Assembly (NCBI GenBank): GCA_003220315.1
Contig: QHSA01000145.1
Coordinates: 1,087-65,086 of the forward strand
Length of the DNA stretch: 64,000 bases
Direction: 5' to 3'
From: Candidatus Rokuibacteriota bacterium
Lineage (GTDB): Bacteria > Methylomirabilota > Methylomirabilia > Rokubacteriales > CSP1-6
How positions within the stretch are numbered: position 1 is the first letter of the stretch; every line of letters starts with the position of its first letter. Of the stretch, positions 22,054 to 31,956 are shown in pieces. Below the pieces are notes generated by a model. The model worked only from the letters and a program-made list of their open reading frames with translations. It did no database searches and was not told the DNA's origin. A program made the position numbers and the translations under genes.

Positions 22054-22752
22054 ATGCGGAGAGCACTCGGAGTCGTCCTGGCGGCGGCGCTCGTCGCGGG
22101 CGTCGCGCTGTTCGTCCAGCGCCCCGACCCTGTGGACGCCCAGGGAGGGGGCACCGTCGAGGTCACGGTCACGTATAACGGCGCGCCCGTCGTCGAGAAG
22201 CTCAAGGTCAACAAGGACACCGAGAAGTGCGGGACCGAGGCCGTGATCGAGAAGGTCGTGGTCGGCGGCAACAAGGGCCTGGCCAACGCGGTCGTCTCCG
22301 TCCCGACCGCCAAGGGCGCGCCGAAGATGGCGAAGGCGACGGTCGACCAGCATGGCTGCAAGTTCGTGCCGCACGTGACCGCGATGACGCCGGGCGACCT
22401 CGAGCTCAAGAACTCCGACGACATCCTGCACAACATCCATACGTACTCGACGGCAAACCCGTCCATCAACAAGGCGCAGCCGAAGTTCAAGAAGGTGATG
22501 ATGGAGAAGTTCGAGAAGCCCGAGATCATCAAGCTCACCTGCGACGTGCACAGCTGGATGCTCGGCTGGGTGGCGGTCCTGCCGACCCCGTTCTTCGCGG
22601 TCTCGGACGCCAGCGGCGCGGCCAAGATCGAGAACGTGCCGGCGGGCAAGCAGACCGTCGAGGTCTGGCACGAGACGCTCGGCAAGCAGACGAAGGAGGT
22701 CGACGTCAAGGCGGGCCAGGTGGTGAAGGTCGGGTTCGAGATGAAGAAGTAG
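22054..22752 (+). CDS. Secreted cupredoxin-like (type-1 copper motif) protein, paralog 1.
   Basis: Signal peptide. Conserved HNxH ... CDVHSWM (Cys-x2-His-x2-Met) ligand spacing as in amicyanin-type blue copper proteins. Strong Shine-Dalgarno at 22054. Paralogous to 29227..30036. Confidence 0.6.
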   Translation: MRRALGVVLAAALVAGVALFVQRPDPVDAQGGGTVEVTVTYNGAPVVEKLKVNKDTEKCGTEAVIEKVVVGGNKGLANAVVSVPTAKGAPKMAKATVDQHGCKFVPHVTAMTPGDLELKNSDDILHNIHTYSTANPSINKAQPKFKKVMMEKFEKPEIIKLTCDVHSWMLGWVAVLPTPFFAVSDASGAAKIENVPAGKQTVEVWHETLGKQTKEVDVKAGQVVKVGFEMKK

Positions 22753-22771
22753 GGCGAGGAGGCTCGCGAGC

Positions 22772-23419
22772 ATGCTCGACTGGTGGCTGCCAGAGAACGT
22801 GTCGACGTACGGAGCGGAGATCGACTGGCTGTTCCATCTCATCTACTACATCACCGGCGCGACGTTCGTCCTCGTCTTCGTCACGATGCTCGTGTTCATC
22901 GTGATGTACCGCGACCGGCCCGGGCGGACCGCGCGGTACACGCACGGCAACACCCCGCTCGAGATCGCGTGGACCATCGTGCCGGCGCTGATCCTCGTGA
23001 TCCTGACGGCCCTCAGCGTGCCGGCGTGGTCGAGGATCAAGATGCAGGTACCGGCGAGCGACTTCGACGTCAACGTGACGGCGAAGCAGTTCAACTGGCA
23101 GGTCGGCTACCCGGGGAGCGACAAGGTCTTCCTCGACGAGATGCACGTGCCGGTCAACAAGGTCGTCCGGGTGCACCTCAGGTCGCAGGACGTGATCCAC
23201 AGCTTCTTCGTCCCGCAGTTCCGCATGAAACAGGACGCGGTGCCGGGCCGCGAGATCGTCCAGTGGTTCGAGGTGGTCAAGCCGGGCAAGTACGAGTGGC
23301 CGTGCGCGGAGCTGTGCGGGTTCGGCCACTCCGGGATGCGCGGCTGGATCTACGTGCACACGCCCGAGGACTACGCCAAGTGGGCGGCCGAGAACCTTGA
23401 GGGAAAGGGCAAGCAATGA
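22772..23419 (+). CDS. coxB: Cytochrome c oxidase subunit II (no fused cytochrome c domain).
   Basis: Two TM helices and CuA centre (H...CAELCGFGHSGM). Confidence 0.95.
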   Translation: MLDWWLPENVSTYGAEIDWLFHLIYYITGATFVLVFVTMLVFIVMYRDRPGRTARYTHGNTPLEIAWTIVPALILVILTALSVPAWSRIKMQVPASDFDVNVTAKQFNWQVGYPGSDKVFLDEMHVPVNKVVRVHLRSQDVIHSFFVPQFRMKQDAVPGREIVQWFEVVKPGKYEWPCAELCGFGHSGMRGWIYVHTPEDYAKWAAENLEGKGKQ

Positions 23420-25170
23420 GCGCCACCAGCGCGACCGCGCATGCGCACGTCGAGCCCGCCGGGCACCACGAGCTCGGTTTCGTCCGGACCTACATGTTCT
23501 CCACGGACCATAAGATGATCGCCCGGCAGTTCCTGTTCCTCGGGCTCTCCATGATGATCATCGGCGGCCTGCTGGCGCTGGTCGTCCGCTGGGAGCTCGC
23601 GTGGCCCGAGACGCCCGTGCCAGGGCTGGGGATGATCCTCACGGAAACCGGGGGGATCCTCGAGCCCTCGCAGTACAACATGGCGTTCACCATGCACGCG
23701 ACGATCATGATCTTCTTCGTGATCATGCCGATCCTGGCGGGCGCCTTCGGGAACTTCTGCATCCCGCTGATGATCGGCGCCCGTGACATGGCGTTCCCGT
23801 TCCTCAACATGCTGTCGTTCTGGGTCGCCGCGGTCGCCGGCGTGCTCATGCTCGCCGGCTTCTTCGTGCCGGGCGGCCACGCCGCCGCGGGGTGGACCTC
23901 CTACGCACCGCTCTCCGCCGTGCCGGAGTACACGGGAACGAACTGGGGGCAGAACCTCTGGTGCATCAGCCTCTTCGTCCTCGGCATCTCGTCGATGATG
24001 GGCGCGATCAACTACATCACGACGATCATCAACATGCGGGCGCCGGGCATGAAGCTCTTCCGGATGCCGCTCGTGGTCTGGTCGCTCTTCATCACCGCGA
24101 TCCTGCTCTTGCTGGCGCTGCCGGTCCTCACCTCGGGCGTCGCGATGCTCCTGTTCGATCGCACGCTCGGGACGAGCTGGTTCAAGCCGTCGGGCGGCGG
24201 CGAGCCGCTCCTCTGGCAGCACCTCTTCTGGTACTTCGGTCACCCCGAGGTGTACATCCTGATCCTGCCCGCGATGGGCATCGCCTCGGAGATCCTCCCG
24301 GTCTTCTGCCGCAAGCCGATCTTCGGCTACCACGCGATGGCGTTCTCGATGATCGCCATCGCGTTCCTCTCGTGGGTCGTCTACGGCCACCACATGTTCG
24401 TGAGCGGCATGAACCCGGCGCTCGGGATGGCGTTCACCGTGACCACCATGATCATCGCCGTGCCGTCGGCCATCAAGACGTTCAACTGGCTCGGCACGCT
24501 CTGGGGCGCCCGGATCCAGTTCACCGTGCCGATGCTGAACGCGCTCGCGTTCGTCTCGATGTTCGTCATCGGCGGGCTCTCGGGTATCTTCATGGCCTCG
24601 ACGCCGGTCGACATCTACATCCAGGACACGTACTTCATCGTCGCGCACATCCACTACGTCGTCTTCGGCGGCTCGATCTTCGGTGCGTTCGCGGCGATCT
24701 ACTACTGGTTCCCGAAGATGTTCGGCCGGATGACGAACACGGTCCTGGGGCACCTCCACTTCTGGCCGACGTTCGTCTTCTTCAACCTCACGTTCTTCCC
24801 GATGCACATCATCGGCGTCGGTGGCCAGATGCGGCGCATCTACAACCCGATGCAGTACGAGTTCCTCCAGCACCAGCAGCACTGGAACGTGTTCATCACG
24901 ATGTCGGCGCTCGCTCTCGGCCTCGGGCAGATCCCCTTCGTCATCAACTTCTTCTGGTCCCTCTTCGCGGGGAAGAAGGCGCCGCTGAACCCATGGAACG
25001 CGAACACGCTCGAGTGGACCGCGGCGTCGCCGCCGCCGCACCTGAACTGGGGGCCGACACTGCCGACGGTGTACCGCGGCCCGTACGAGTACAGCTCACC
25101 CGAGTCCAGGGACGACTGGCTGCCGCAGACCGCGCCGCCGGTCACCGCCGCGGGAGCGCGGCGCCACTGA
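23416..25170 (+). CDS. ctaD: Cytochrome c oxidase subunit I (A-family haem-copper oxidase).
   Basis: 12-TM protein with WFFGHPEVY and haem/CuB His ligands. ATGA overlap with coxB. Confidence 0.95.
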   Translation: MSATSATAHAHVEPAGHHELGFVRTYMFSTDHKMIARQFLFLGLSMMIIGGLLALVVRWELAWPETPVPGLGMILTETGGILEPSQYNMAFTMHATIMIFFVIMPILAGAFGNFCIPLMIGARDMAFPFLNMLSFWVAAVAGVLMLAGFFVPGGHAAAGWTSYAPLSAVPEYTGTNWGQNLWCISLFVLGISSMMGAINYITTIINMRAPGMKLFRMPLVVWSLFITAILLLLALPVLTSGVAMLLFDRTLGTSWFKPSGGGEPLLWQHLFWYFGHPEVYILILPAMGIASEILPVFCRKPIFGYHAMAFSMIAIAFLSWVVYGHHMFVSGMNPALGMAFTVTTMIIAVPSAIKTFNWLGTLWGARIQFTVPMLNALAFVSMFVIGGLSGIFMASTPVDIYIQDTYFIVAHIHYVVFGGSIFGAFAAIYYWFPKMFGRMTNTVLGHLHFWPTFVFFNLTFFPMHIIGVGGQMRRIYNPMQYEFLQHQQHWNVFITMSALALGLGQIPFVINFFWSLFAGKKAPLNPWNANTLEWTAASPPPHLNWGPTLPTVYRGPYEYSSPESRDDWLPQTAPPVTAAGARRH

Positions 25171-25175
25171 AACGG

Positions 25176-26069
25176 GTGAGGGCGGTGGCGCACCGAGTGG
25201 CGCTCGTCACGCTGGCGGCGACGTTCGTGCTGATCCTCTTCGGGGGGCTCGTCACGAACACGGGCTCGGCCCTGGCGGTGCCGGACTGGCCGAGCACGTT
25301 CGGCGACAACCTCTTTGTGTTTCCGTGGTCCCAAATGGTTGGCGGGATCTTCTACGAGCATGGCCACCGGCTCATCGGCGCTCTCGTGGGGCTCTTGACA
25401 CTCGGCCTGGCCGCGACGCTCTGGCGCACGGGTGGGCGGCTCCGCTGGCTCGGCCTGGCCGCCGTCGCGGCCGTCGTGGCCCAGGGCGTGCTCGGCGGGC
25501 TCCGCGTGGTGCTCCTGGCAGACACGCTCGCGATCGTCCACGGGAGCCTGGCCCAGGCGTTCTTCGGATTGCTCTCGGCGATCGCGCTCCTCACCTCGCG
25601 CGCGGCGGAGCGCCCACCGGGGGACGTGGACCCGTCGCTGCGCTCACTGACGCTCGGCGCCGCCGGCCTCGTGTACCTTCAGATCGTGCTCGGCGCCCTC
25701 TTGACGCACGCGGGCTGGCTCGCGCTCCATCTCGCGGGGGCCGTGGCCGTCTTCGCGGTCGTGCCGACCGTGACCGCTCGGCTCCGGCGGAGCGCTGATA
25801 CCGTTGCCGCCCCCGTCGCCCGGACGCTCCTTGCGCTGCTGGGCGTCCAGCTGTTCCTCGGCGTCGGGAGCTACCTCGCGCGATTCTCGCCGATCGGGAT
25901 CCCGGGCGGGCAGACGACGATGCTCGTTCTGCCGGTCGCCCATCGGCTCGTCGGAAGCCTCATCTTCGGCGCCACGGTGGTGCTCGCCGTGCGTGTCGGC
26001 TCGCGGGTCCCGGAGGTGACGGTGGGACGGGAGCGGGGCCGGGTCGCGCCTCCCGTGAGCGCGACATGA
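25176..26069 (+). CDS. ctaA: Haem A synthase (CtaA/COX15 family); start codon uncertain (GTG 25176).
   Basis: Eight-TM protein with paired His residues in the HxxxR/HR contexts typical of CtaA. Begins 6 nt after the ctaD stop. Confidence 0.7.
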   Translation: MRAVAHRVALVTLAATFVLILFGGLVTNTGSALAVPDWPSTFGDNLFVFPWSQMVGGIFYEHGHRLIGALVGLLTLGLAATLWRTGGRLRWLGLAAVAAVVAQGVLGGLRVVLLADTLAIVHGSLAQAFFGLLSAIALLTSRAAERPPGDVDPSLRSLTLGAAGLVYLQIVLGALLTHAGWLALHLAGAVAVFAVVPTVTARLRRSADTVAAPVARTLLALLGVQLFLGVGSYLARFSPIGIPGGQTTMLVLPVAHRLVGSLIFGATVVLAVRVGSRVPEVTVGRERGRVAPPVSAT

Positions 26070-27007
26070 AGAACGGAGCCGGGGCGCGCCTCGACGGCGG
26101 CCTCGCGGTGTCGGCTCCCACGGTCATGGCCGCCTCGATCGCGCGCGAGCGACGCCGGGTCCTCGCCGACCTGGTCGCCCTCGCCAAGCCGCGGGTCGTT
26201 CTCATGATCCTCGTGACGGCGGCCGTGGGCTATTACGTCGGGCTGGCGGGCGCGCCGGACTACGCGCGACTGCTGCACCTCCTGGTCGGCACGCTCCTGG
26301 CGGCGGGCGGATCGCTCGCGCTGAATCAGTACTGGGAGCGCGACGTCGACGCGCGCATGGAGCGCACCCGGGCGCGGCCTCTGCCCGACGGCCGGCTCGC
26401 GCCGCTCGAGGCGCTCCTGTTCGGGAGCGCCCTCACGGCCCTGGGCCTCGTCTACACCGCCGTGTTCATCGGCGGGCTCGCGCTCGGCGTCACCGCCGCG
26501 ACCGCGGCGCTCTACCTGTTCGTGTACACGCCGCTGAAGCTCAGGACGCCGCTCTGCACGCTCATCGGCGCCGTGCCCGGGGCGCTCCCGCCCGTGACGG
26601 GCTGGGTGGCGGCCCGTGAGGACCTGGGCGTGGGCGCCTGGGTCCTGTTCGGGATCCTCTTCCTCTGGCAGCTCCCGCACACGCTCGCGATCGCGCGGCT
26701 CTATCGTGACGACTACGCCCGCGCCGGCGTCCGTCTGCTGCCGGTCGTGGACGCCGAGGGAAGCAGCACCGAGCGGCAGATCGTGACGGGGTGTCTCGCG
26801 CTCCTCGTCGTGAGCCTCCTGCCGACGCTGATCGGGCTCGCGGGCGCGGTCTACTTCGTCGGGGCGTTCCTGATGGGAGCAGCGTTCGCCGCGCTGGGCA
26901 CCTGGCAGGCGTTCGTGCCCTCGACCGGCTCGGCGCGCCGCGTGCTCCTCGCGTCGCTCCTCTACCTGCCAGCGCTCCTGGCGCTCCTGGCGTTCGACAA
27001 GGCATGA
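26066..27007 (+). CDS. ctaB: Protohaem IX farnesyltransferase (haem O synthase CtaB/CyoE).
   Basis: UbiA-family motifs (NQYWERDVDARMERTRARPL; D-rich) and 8-9 TM helices. ATGA overlap with ctaA. Confidence 0.9.
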   Translation: MKNGAGARLDGGLAVSAPTVMAASIARERRRVLADLVALAKPRVVLMILVTAAVGYYVGLAGAPDYARLLHLLVGTLLAAGGSLALNQYWERDVDARMERTRARPLPDGRLAPLEALLFGSALTALGLVYTAVFIGGLALGVTAATAALYLFVYTPLKLRTPLCTLIGAVPGALPPVTGWVAAREDLGVGAWVLFGILFLWQLPHTLAIARLYRDDYARAGVRLLPVVDAEGSSTERQIVTGCLALLVVSLLPTLIGLAGAVYFVGAFLMGAAFAALGTWQAFVPSTGSARRVLLASLLYLPALLALLAFDKA

Positions 27008-27201
27008 CGACGCTCATGGACCCCCGTTGGAATGAAGAGCGACACGAAGAGCGGAGCCGGGTCGCACCTCGTCTCGGGCCACCCACCGACCGCACCGGGC
27101 TCGCGGACCCCGCTACAACAGCCCGCCAGACACTCCGGGTCCTGCTCATGATCATCGCGGCGCTCGTCGTCGCGTCGTTCCTCGTGGGGATCCGCTGGTG
27201 A
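27004..27201 (+). CDS. Small (65 aa) single-TM protein translationally coupled between ctaB and coxC.
   Basis: ATGA overlap with the ctaB stop and GTGA overlap with the downstream start. C-terminal hydrophobic helix. No recognisable family. Confidence 0.4.
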   Translation: MTTLMDPRWNEERHEERSRVAPRLGPPTDRTGLADPATTARQTLRVLLMIIAALVVASFLVGIRW

Positions 27202-27881
27202 CGCAGGGGCTCCTCGAGGCGCCGCCCAAGCGCGGGCCGGTCACGGACCGGCCGAACGGGCCCGTCGGGCCACCACCCCCGCCGACGGGCGGCGGCGACG
27301 GGCCGGACCGCGAGCCGTCGCCGCGGCGACCCGTGCTCGACAATATACAGTTGGCCGTCCTCTTCCTGATCGGCGGCGAGGTGATGTTCTTCGCCGCGTT
27401 GATCGCGGCGCTCTTCGTCACGCGGCTCGGTCAGCCCCTCTGGCCGCCGCCGCACCAGCCGCGGCTCCCCGTGGGCGTCACCGGCGTCAACACGCTCGTG
27501 CTCCTCGCCTCGAGCGTCATGATGGCGCGCGCCGTCGGTGCGCTCGCGCGCGGCGAGGAGAGCCGTCTGGTGAAGCGGCTCGCCGCCACGGCTGGCCTCG
27601 GCGCGCTCTTCCTGCTGGTCCAGGGCTACGAGTGGGCACGCCTGATCGGCTTCGGGCTGACGGTCTCGGCCGGCACCTACGGCGCCACCTTCTACACGCT
27701 GATCGGCGCTCACGCCGCGCACGTCTTCGGGGCCCTGGTCTGGCTCTCGGTGACGCTGGTGCTCGCCTCCCACGGCCGCTTTGCGCACGGCCGGACGGCG
27801 CCGGTGAAGGCGTGCGCGATGTTCTGGCACTTCGTGGTCGGGCTGTGGCCGATCCTCTACGTCGCGGTCTACCTGCTCTGA
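27198..27881 (+). CDS. Cytochrome c oxidase subunit III family protein (paralog 1, with Pro/Gly-rich N-terminal extension).
   Basis: 5-TM core with conserved subunit-III helices (YEW, HxxH). Confidence 0.75.
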   Translation: MTQGLLEAPPKRGPVTDRPNGPVGPPPPPTGGGDGPDREPSPRRPVLDNIQLAVLFLIGGEVMFFAALIAALFVTRLGQPLWPPPHQPRLPVGVTGVNTLVLLASSVMMARAVGALARGEESRLVKRLAATAGLGALFLLVQGYEWARLIGFGLTVSAGTYGATFYTLIGAHAAHVFGALVWLSVTLVLASHGRFAHGRTAPVKACAMFWHFVVGLWPILYVAVYLL

Positions 27882-27933
27882 GCGCTGCCGTGAGCCCGGC
27901 GCGCAACGACCACGACACGCTCAAGGAGACGAT

Positions 27934-28551
27934 ATGAGCCCGTCAGCCTCCGTTCACTCGGCCATCGAGCCGGCCGAGACACCGCTCACACCCGAGAGCT
28001 GGGGCAAGCTCGGCATGTGGATCTTCCTGGCCGGCGACGCCGTCGGCTTCGGCGTCCTGCTGGCGTCCTACGGCGGGATGCGGGCGACGAGCGCCGACTG
28101 GCCGAACCCGTACGACGTCCTCGGGATCAACCTGACCGCCGCGATGACCTTCCTTCTGATCTGCTCGAGCGTCACGATGGTCAAGGCGCTCGAGTGGCTG
28201 GGCGGGGGCGACCGGACCAAGTGCCGGATGTTCCTCTTCTTCACCGCGCTCGGCGGCGCGATCTTCGTGTGCTGCCAGGCCTACGAGTGGTCGAAGCTCA
28301 TCCACGAGGGGCTCCACATCAACGGCAACCCGTGGGGCGCGTCGCTCTTCGGCACGTCCTTCTTCCTCATCACGGGGTTCCACGGCCTGCACGTCACCGG
28401 CGGCGTCATCTACCTCGTCTCGATCATCCGGTACGTCACGAACCGCCCGTCGCCGGCGGCCAGCTACAACGCCGTCGAGATCACCGGGCTCTACTGGCAC
28501 TTCGTCGACCTCGTGTGGATCATGGTGTTCACCTTCATGTATCTCATCTAG
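27934..28551 (+). CDS. ctaE: Cytochrome c oxidase subunit III (paralog 2).
   Basis: Subunit-III motifs (FFLITGFHGLHVTGG, YWHFVD). Confidence 0.85.
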   Translation: MSPSASVHSAIEPAETPLTPESWGKLGMWIFLAGDAVGFGVLLASYGGMRATSADWPNPYDVLGINLTAAMTFLLICSSVTMVKALEWLGGGDRTKCRMFLFFTALGGAIFVCCQAYEWSKLIHEGLHINGNPWGASLFGTSFFLITGFHGLHVTGGVIYLVSIIRYVTNRPSPAASYNAVEITGLYWHFVDLVWIMVFTFMYLI

Positions 28552-28563
28552 GGGGCCGAGGCG

Positions 28564-28893
28564 ATGGCGGGCGCAGAGCACAAGCACCCCAACTACATGG
28601 CGATCTTCTGGTACCTCGCGATCCTCACGGCGATCGAGATCGCGGTGATCTACGCGCCCCTGCCGAAGGTGACGATCGTCGTCCTCCTGTGCGGGCTCGC
28701 GCTCGGCAAGGCCGCGCTCGTGGCGATGTACTTCATGCACCTCCGGTTCGAGACGCGCACGCTGGGCCTGGTCGCGATCACCCCGCTCATGATCGCGACG
28801 CTCCTGGTGTTCCTGCTCCTCCCGGACGGCCTGGCCGTCGCGAAGCGCACGGTGGGCGTGAAGGCCGCCGTGAGCGCGCCCGCCAAGCACTGA
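28564..28893 (+). CDS. Cytochrome c oxidase subunit IV (prokaryotic CoxD/CtaF-type).
   Basis: About 109 aa, three hydrophobic helices, position directly after subunit III. Confidence 0.7.
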   Translation: MAGAEHKHPNYMAIFWYLAILTAIEIAVIYAPLPKVTIVVLLCGLALGKAALVAMYFMHLRFETRTLGLVAITPLMIATLLVFLLLPDGLAVAKRTVGVKAAVSAPAKH

Positions 28894-28924
28894 GTGGCGG
28901 GGGCGCGGAGCTCCGAGGTGCGGC

Positions 28925-29293
28925 ATGGCGCGCGAGCGTCGAGCGGTCCGCGTGCGGCGGGCCTTCGGGCGGGCGGCGCGCCTCCTGTGTCCCCGGTGCG
29001 GCGCGGCCCCGATGTTCCGAGGCTGGTTCCGGATGGCGCCCGTCTGCTCGGCCTGTGGTCTCCGCTTCGAGCGGGCGCAGGGCTACTTCGTCGGCGCGAT
29101 CTACCTCAACTACGCGGTGACGACGTTCCTCGTGATCGGAGGTTACGTCCTGCTCTGGGCGTTCACGGAGCTCACGACCGCGGCGCAGCTCGCCCTGTGG
29201 CTCCCCGTGGTCGTCGTGTTTCCCCTGTGGTTCTTCCGCTACAGCCGGAGCTTCTGGCTCGCCCTCGAGTACGCCGTCAACCCCGAGTCCTAG
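28925..29293 (+). CDS. DUF983-family protein (zinc ribbon CPRCG...CSACG plus two TM helices).
   Basis: Cys4 ribbon followed by a hydrophobic C-terminus; the family is recurrently encoded in cox operons. Confidence 0.65.
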   Translation: MARERRAVRVRRAFGRAARLLCPRCGAAPMFRGWFRMAPVCSACGLRFERAQGYFVGAIYLNYAVTTFLVIGGYVLLWAFTELTTAAQLALWLPVVVVFPLWFFRYSRSFWLALEYAVNPES

Positions 29294-30036
29294 CGGCGGT
29301 CCTCCTGGCGGCGCAGGCGCTCGGCGCGCCGGGCGTCGGCGCGGCGTACGAAGTCGTCGGCGTGGCGGACGGTGGCGCCGTGACCGGGACCCTGAAGTTC
29401 ATCGGCACGCCACCCAAGCTCGAGCCGATCCCCGTCAACAAGAACCGGGACGTCTGCGGCGAGTCGAAGCCGTCCGAGGCGCTCGTGCTCGGCCCCGACC
29501 ACGGCGTCAAGGGCGGTGTCGTGATGCTCGAGGGTGTCGCCCGCGGCAAGAAGGGAAGCGGCGACGTGCTCCTCGACAACCACAAGTGCCTGTTCGTCGC
29601 CCACGTCACGGCGGTGAGCCTCGGCGGGCGCGTCCACGTGAAGAACTCCGACCCGGTCCTCCACAACACTCACGGGTTCATGGGCAAGCCGACGGTCTTC
29701 AACGTGGCCCTGCCGAACAAGGACCAGCTGATCGATGTCACGCGGCGGCTCGCGAAGCCCGGCGTCGTCCACGTCCTGTGCGACGCCCACACGCACATGG
29801 CCGCGTGGATCCTCGTCCACGACAGCCCCTACGTCGCCGTCACGGACGAGCGCGGGGTCTTTCGGATCGCCGACGTCCCCCCGGGGACCTACAAAGTCAC
29901 GATGTGGCACGAGGGCTTCCGGGGGAGGGGCGTCGACAAGGACGGCCGGCCGGTGTACGAGGAGCCGCAGACGGTCACGAGAGAGGTGACGATCGCGCCC
30001 CGCGCGGTGGCGACGGTCGACTTCGAGCTGCGATAG
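29227..30036 (+). CDS. Secreted cupredoxin-like (type-1 copper motif) protein, paralog 2; start uncertain (GTG 29227 overlaps the DUF983 3' end).
   Basis: Same conserved HNTH ... CDAHTHM (C-x2-H-x2-M) pattern as 22054..22752, with signal-peptide-like hydrophobic N-terminus. Confidence 0.55.
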   Translation: MVLPLQPELLARPRVRRQPRVLAAVLLAAQALGAPGVGAAYEVVGVADGGAVTGTLKFIGTPPKLEPIPVNKNRDVCGESKPSEALVLGPDHGVKGGVVMLEGVARGKKGSGDVLLDNHKCLFVAHVTAVSLGGRVHVKNSDPVLHNTHGFMGKPTVFNVALPNKDQLIDVTRRLAKPGVVHVLCDAHTHMAAWILVHDSPYVAVTDERGVFRIADVPPGTYKVTMWHEGFRGRGVDKDGRPVYEEPQTVTREVTIAPRAVATVDFELR

Positions 30037-30045
30037 GGAGGGCCC

Positions 30046-31941
30046 ATGTTCAAGCACATCTGCGTTCCGGTGGACAACTCGGACTACTCGAACCGGGCGA
30101 TCGAGCTCGCCGTCGAGTTGGGCCGGACCTGCGGCGCCAAGCTCACCGGCGTCCACGTGTACGCGGCGCAGCTCCACGACTATCGGTTCAAGCAGATGGA
30201 GTACACCCTGCCGGACGAGTACAAGGACGAGCACGAACTCGAGCGACAGCGAAAGATCCACGACTCGCTGATCGCCATGGGCCTGCAGCTCATCTCCGAC
30301 TCCTACCTCGACGTGATGGCCCGGCGTGCCGAGACGGCGGGGCTCGCCTTCGAGCGGAAGCTGATCGACGGCAAGCACTACAAGGTCCTGATCGAGGACT
30401 GCCTCGCCTCCGACTACGACCTGGTCGTCATGGGCGCCCTCGGCATGGGCGCCGTGAAGGACAGCCAGCTCGGCTCGGTGACCGAGCGCTTCGTCCGGAA
30501 GGTCCCGAAGGACACGCTGGTCGTCAGGAACGCCGATCGACTCTCGGATTCGCCGGGCGCCATCGTCGTGGGCCTCGACGGCTCGCCCCAGTCCTTCAAC
30601 GGCCTCAGGCTCGGCATCGGCCTCGCCAAGGCCCTGGGCCGCCCGCTCCAGGCGGTCGCGGTCTACGATCCGTACCTCCACTATGCGATGTTCAACGGGA
30701 TCGTCGGCGTGCTGAGCGAGAAGGCGTCGAAGATCTTTCGATTCAAGGAGCAGGAGCAGCTCCACGAGGAGATCATCGATACAGGATTGGCCAAGATCTA
30801 CCAGTCGCACCTTGAGATCGGTCGCAAGCTCGCCGCCGAGGACGGCGTCGACCTGGCGATCACCCTGCTCGACGGGAAGTGTTTCGAAAAGGTTCTCACG
30901 TTCGCCCGCAAGGCGCAGCCGTGGCTCTTGATCCTGGGGCGGGTCGGGGTCCACTCGGACGAGCACGAGGTAGACCTCGGCTCGAACACCGAGAACCTCC
31001 TGCGGCTCCTGCCCTGCAACGTGCTCCTGACGGGCGGCAAGTTCTACCCACCGCTCGACGTCCGGGCCGAGGAGATCATCTCCTGGACCGAGGAGGCCGA
31101 GGCGCGCATGGAGCGCGTGCCGCCCCAGGTGAAGGGCGTGGCGCGCACGGCGCTGCTCCGGTACGCGATCGAGCAGGGCCACACGGTCATCACGAACAAG
31201 GTCATCGACGAGGCGATGGCGATCTTCATGCCGGCCCGGATGGCCGAGAAGATGCAGATCCTCGCGGAGGATCTCGCCGTGGCGAAGCTCCGCGCCGAGG
31301 CGCAGGTCGCGACGGCGATCTGTTCGGTGTGCGGCTACACGGTCAAGGGGCCGAACCCGGTCGTCACGTGCCCGGTCTGCAAGGCGTCCGCCGACAAGTT
31401 CCAGGTGATCTCCCGGGAGGCGGTCGAGACGATCGCCACCCAGGAGGGCGGCATCGAGGAGGAGGAGTCGATGCCGGGCGTGCGGGTGAAGTGGTCGGCC
31501 GACGCGCGCGACGCGCTCCGCGAGGTGACGGACGCGTACCTCCGCCGGCGCGCCAAGGCGCGGATCGAGAAGTACGCGCGCTCGCGGAAGATCCCCGTCA
31601 TCACGTGTCAGCTCGCGCTGCCGATGATCGAGGAGACGGTGGGCCGCGAGAAGCTGGGGGCGGGCTGGGACACGCTCCTGGCGAGGACGCGGTTCGAGCC
31701 CGCCCAGGCGCCGGCGGTGGAGGGGAGCGGCTTCGTCTGGACCGAGGAGGCCACCGCGCGGCTCGGCCGTGTGCCCGCCGGGTTCATGCGCGACATGACG
31801 CGCGAGGAGGTCGAGCGCGTCGCGACCGAGAAGGGCGCGACGACGATCGACCTCGCGCTCTGCGAGGAGGGCATCGGGCACGCGCGGCAGACGATGAACG
31901 AGGTGATCGCGGGGTACGTCTCGAGCAAGAAACCTCGCTAG
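30046..31941 (+). CDS. Multidomain protein: tandem universal stress protein (UspA) domains, three PCP_red-like (protochlorophyllide reductase B C-terminal-like) repeats and a central Cys4 zinc ribbon.
   Basis: Two USP-fold halves (residues about 1-330). Three repeats matching W-x-EA...IP-x-FVRG...E-x-YA...G...IT at about 340-395, 485-540 and 575-625. CSVCG...CPVCK ribbon. Confidence 0.75.
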   Translation: MFKHICVPVDNSDYSNRAIELAVELGRTCGAKLTGVHVYAAQLHDYRFKQMEYTLPDEYKDEHELERQRKIHDSLIAMGLQLISDSYLDVMARRAETAGLAFERKLIDGKHYKVLIEDCLASDYDLVVMGALGMGAVKDSQLGSVTERFVRKVPKDTLVVRNADRLSDSPGAIVVGLDGSPQSFNGLRLGIGLAKALGRPLQAVAVYDPYLHYAMFNGIVGVLSEKASKIFRFKEQEQLHEEIIDTGLAKIYQSHLEIGRKLAAEDGVDLAITLLDGKCFEKVLTFARKAQPWLLILGRVGVHSDEHEVDLGSNTENLLRLLPCNVLLTGGKFYPPLDVRAEEIISWTEEAEARMERVPPQVKGVARTALLRYAIEQGHTVITNKVIDEAMAIFMPARMAEKMQILAEDLAVAKLRAEAQVATAICSVCGYTVKGPNPVVTCPVCKASADKFQVISREAVETIATQEGGIEEEESMPGVRVKWSADARDALREVTDAYLRRRAKARIEKYARSRKIPVITCQLALPMIEETVGREKLGAGWDTLLARTRFEPAQAPAVEGSGFVWTEEATARLGRVPAGFMRDMTREEVERVATEKGATTIDLALCEEGIGHARQTMNEVIAGYVSSKKPR

Positions 31942-31956
31942 TCGGGCTGTGGGCAT

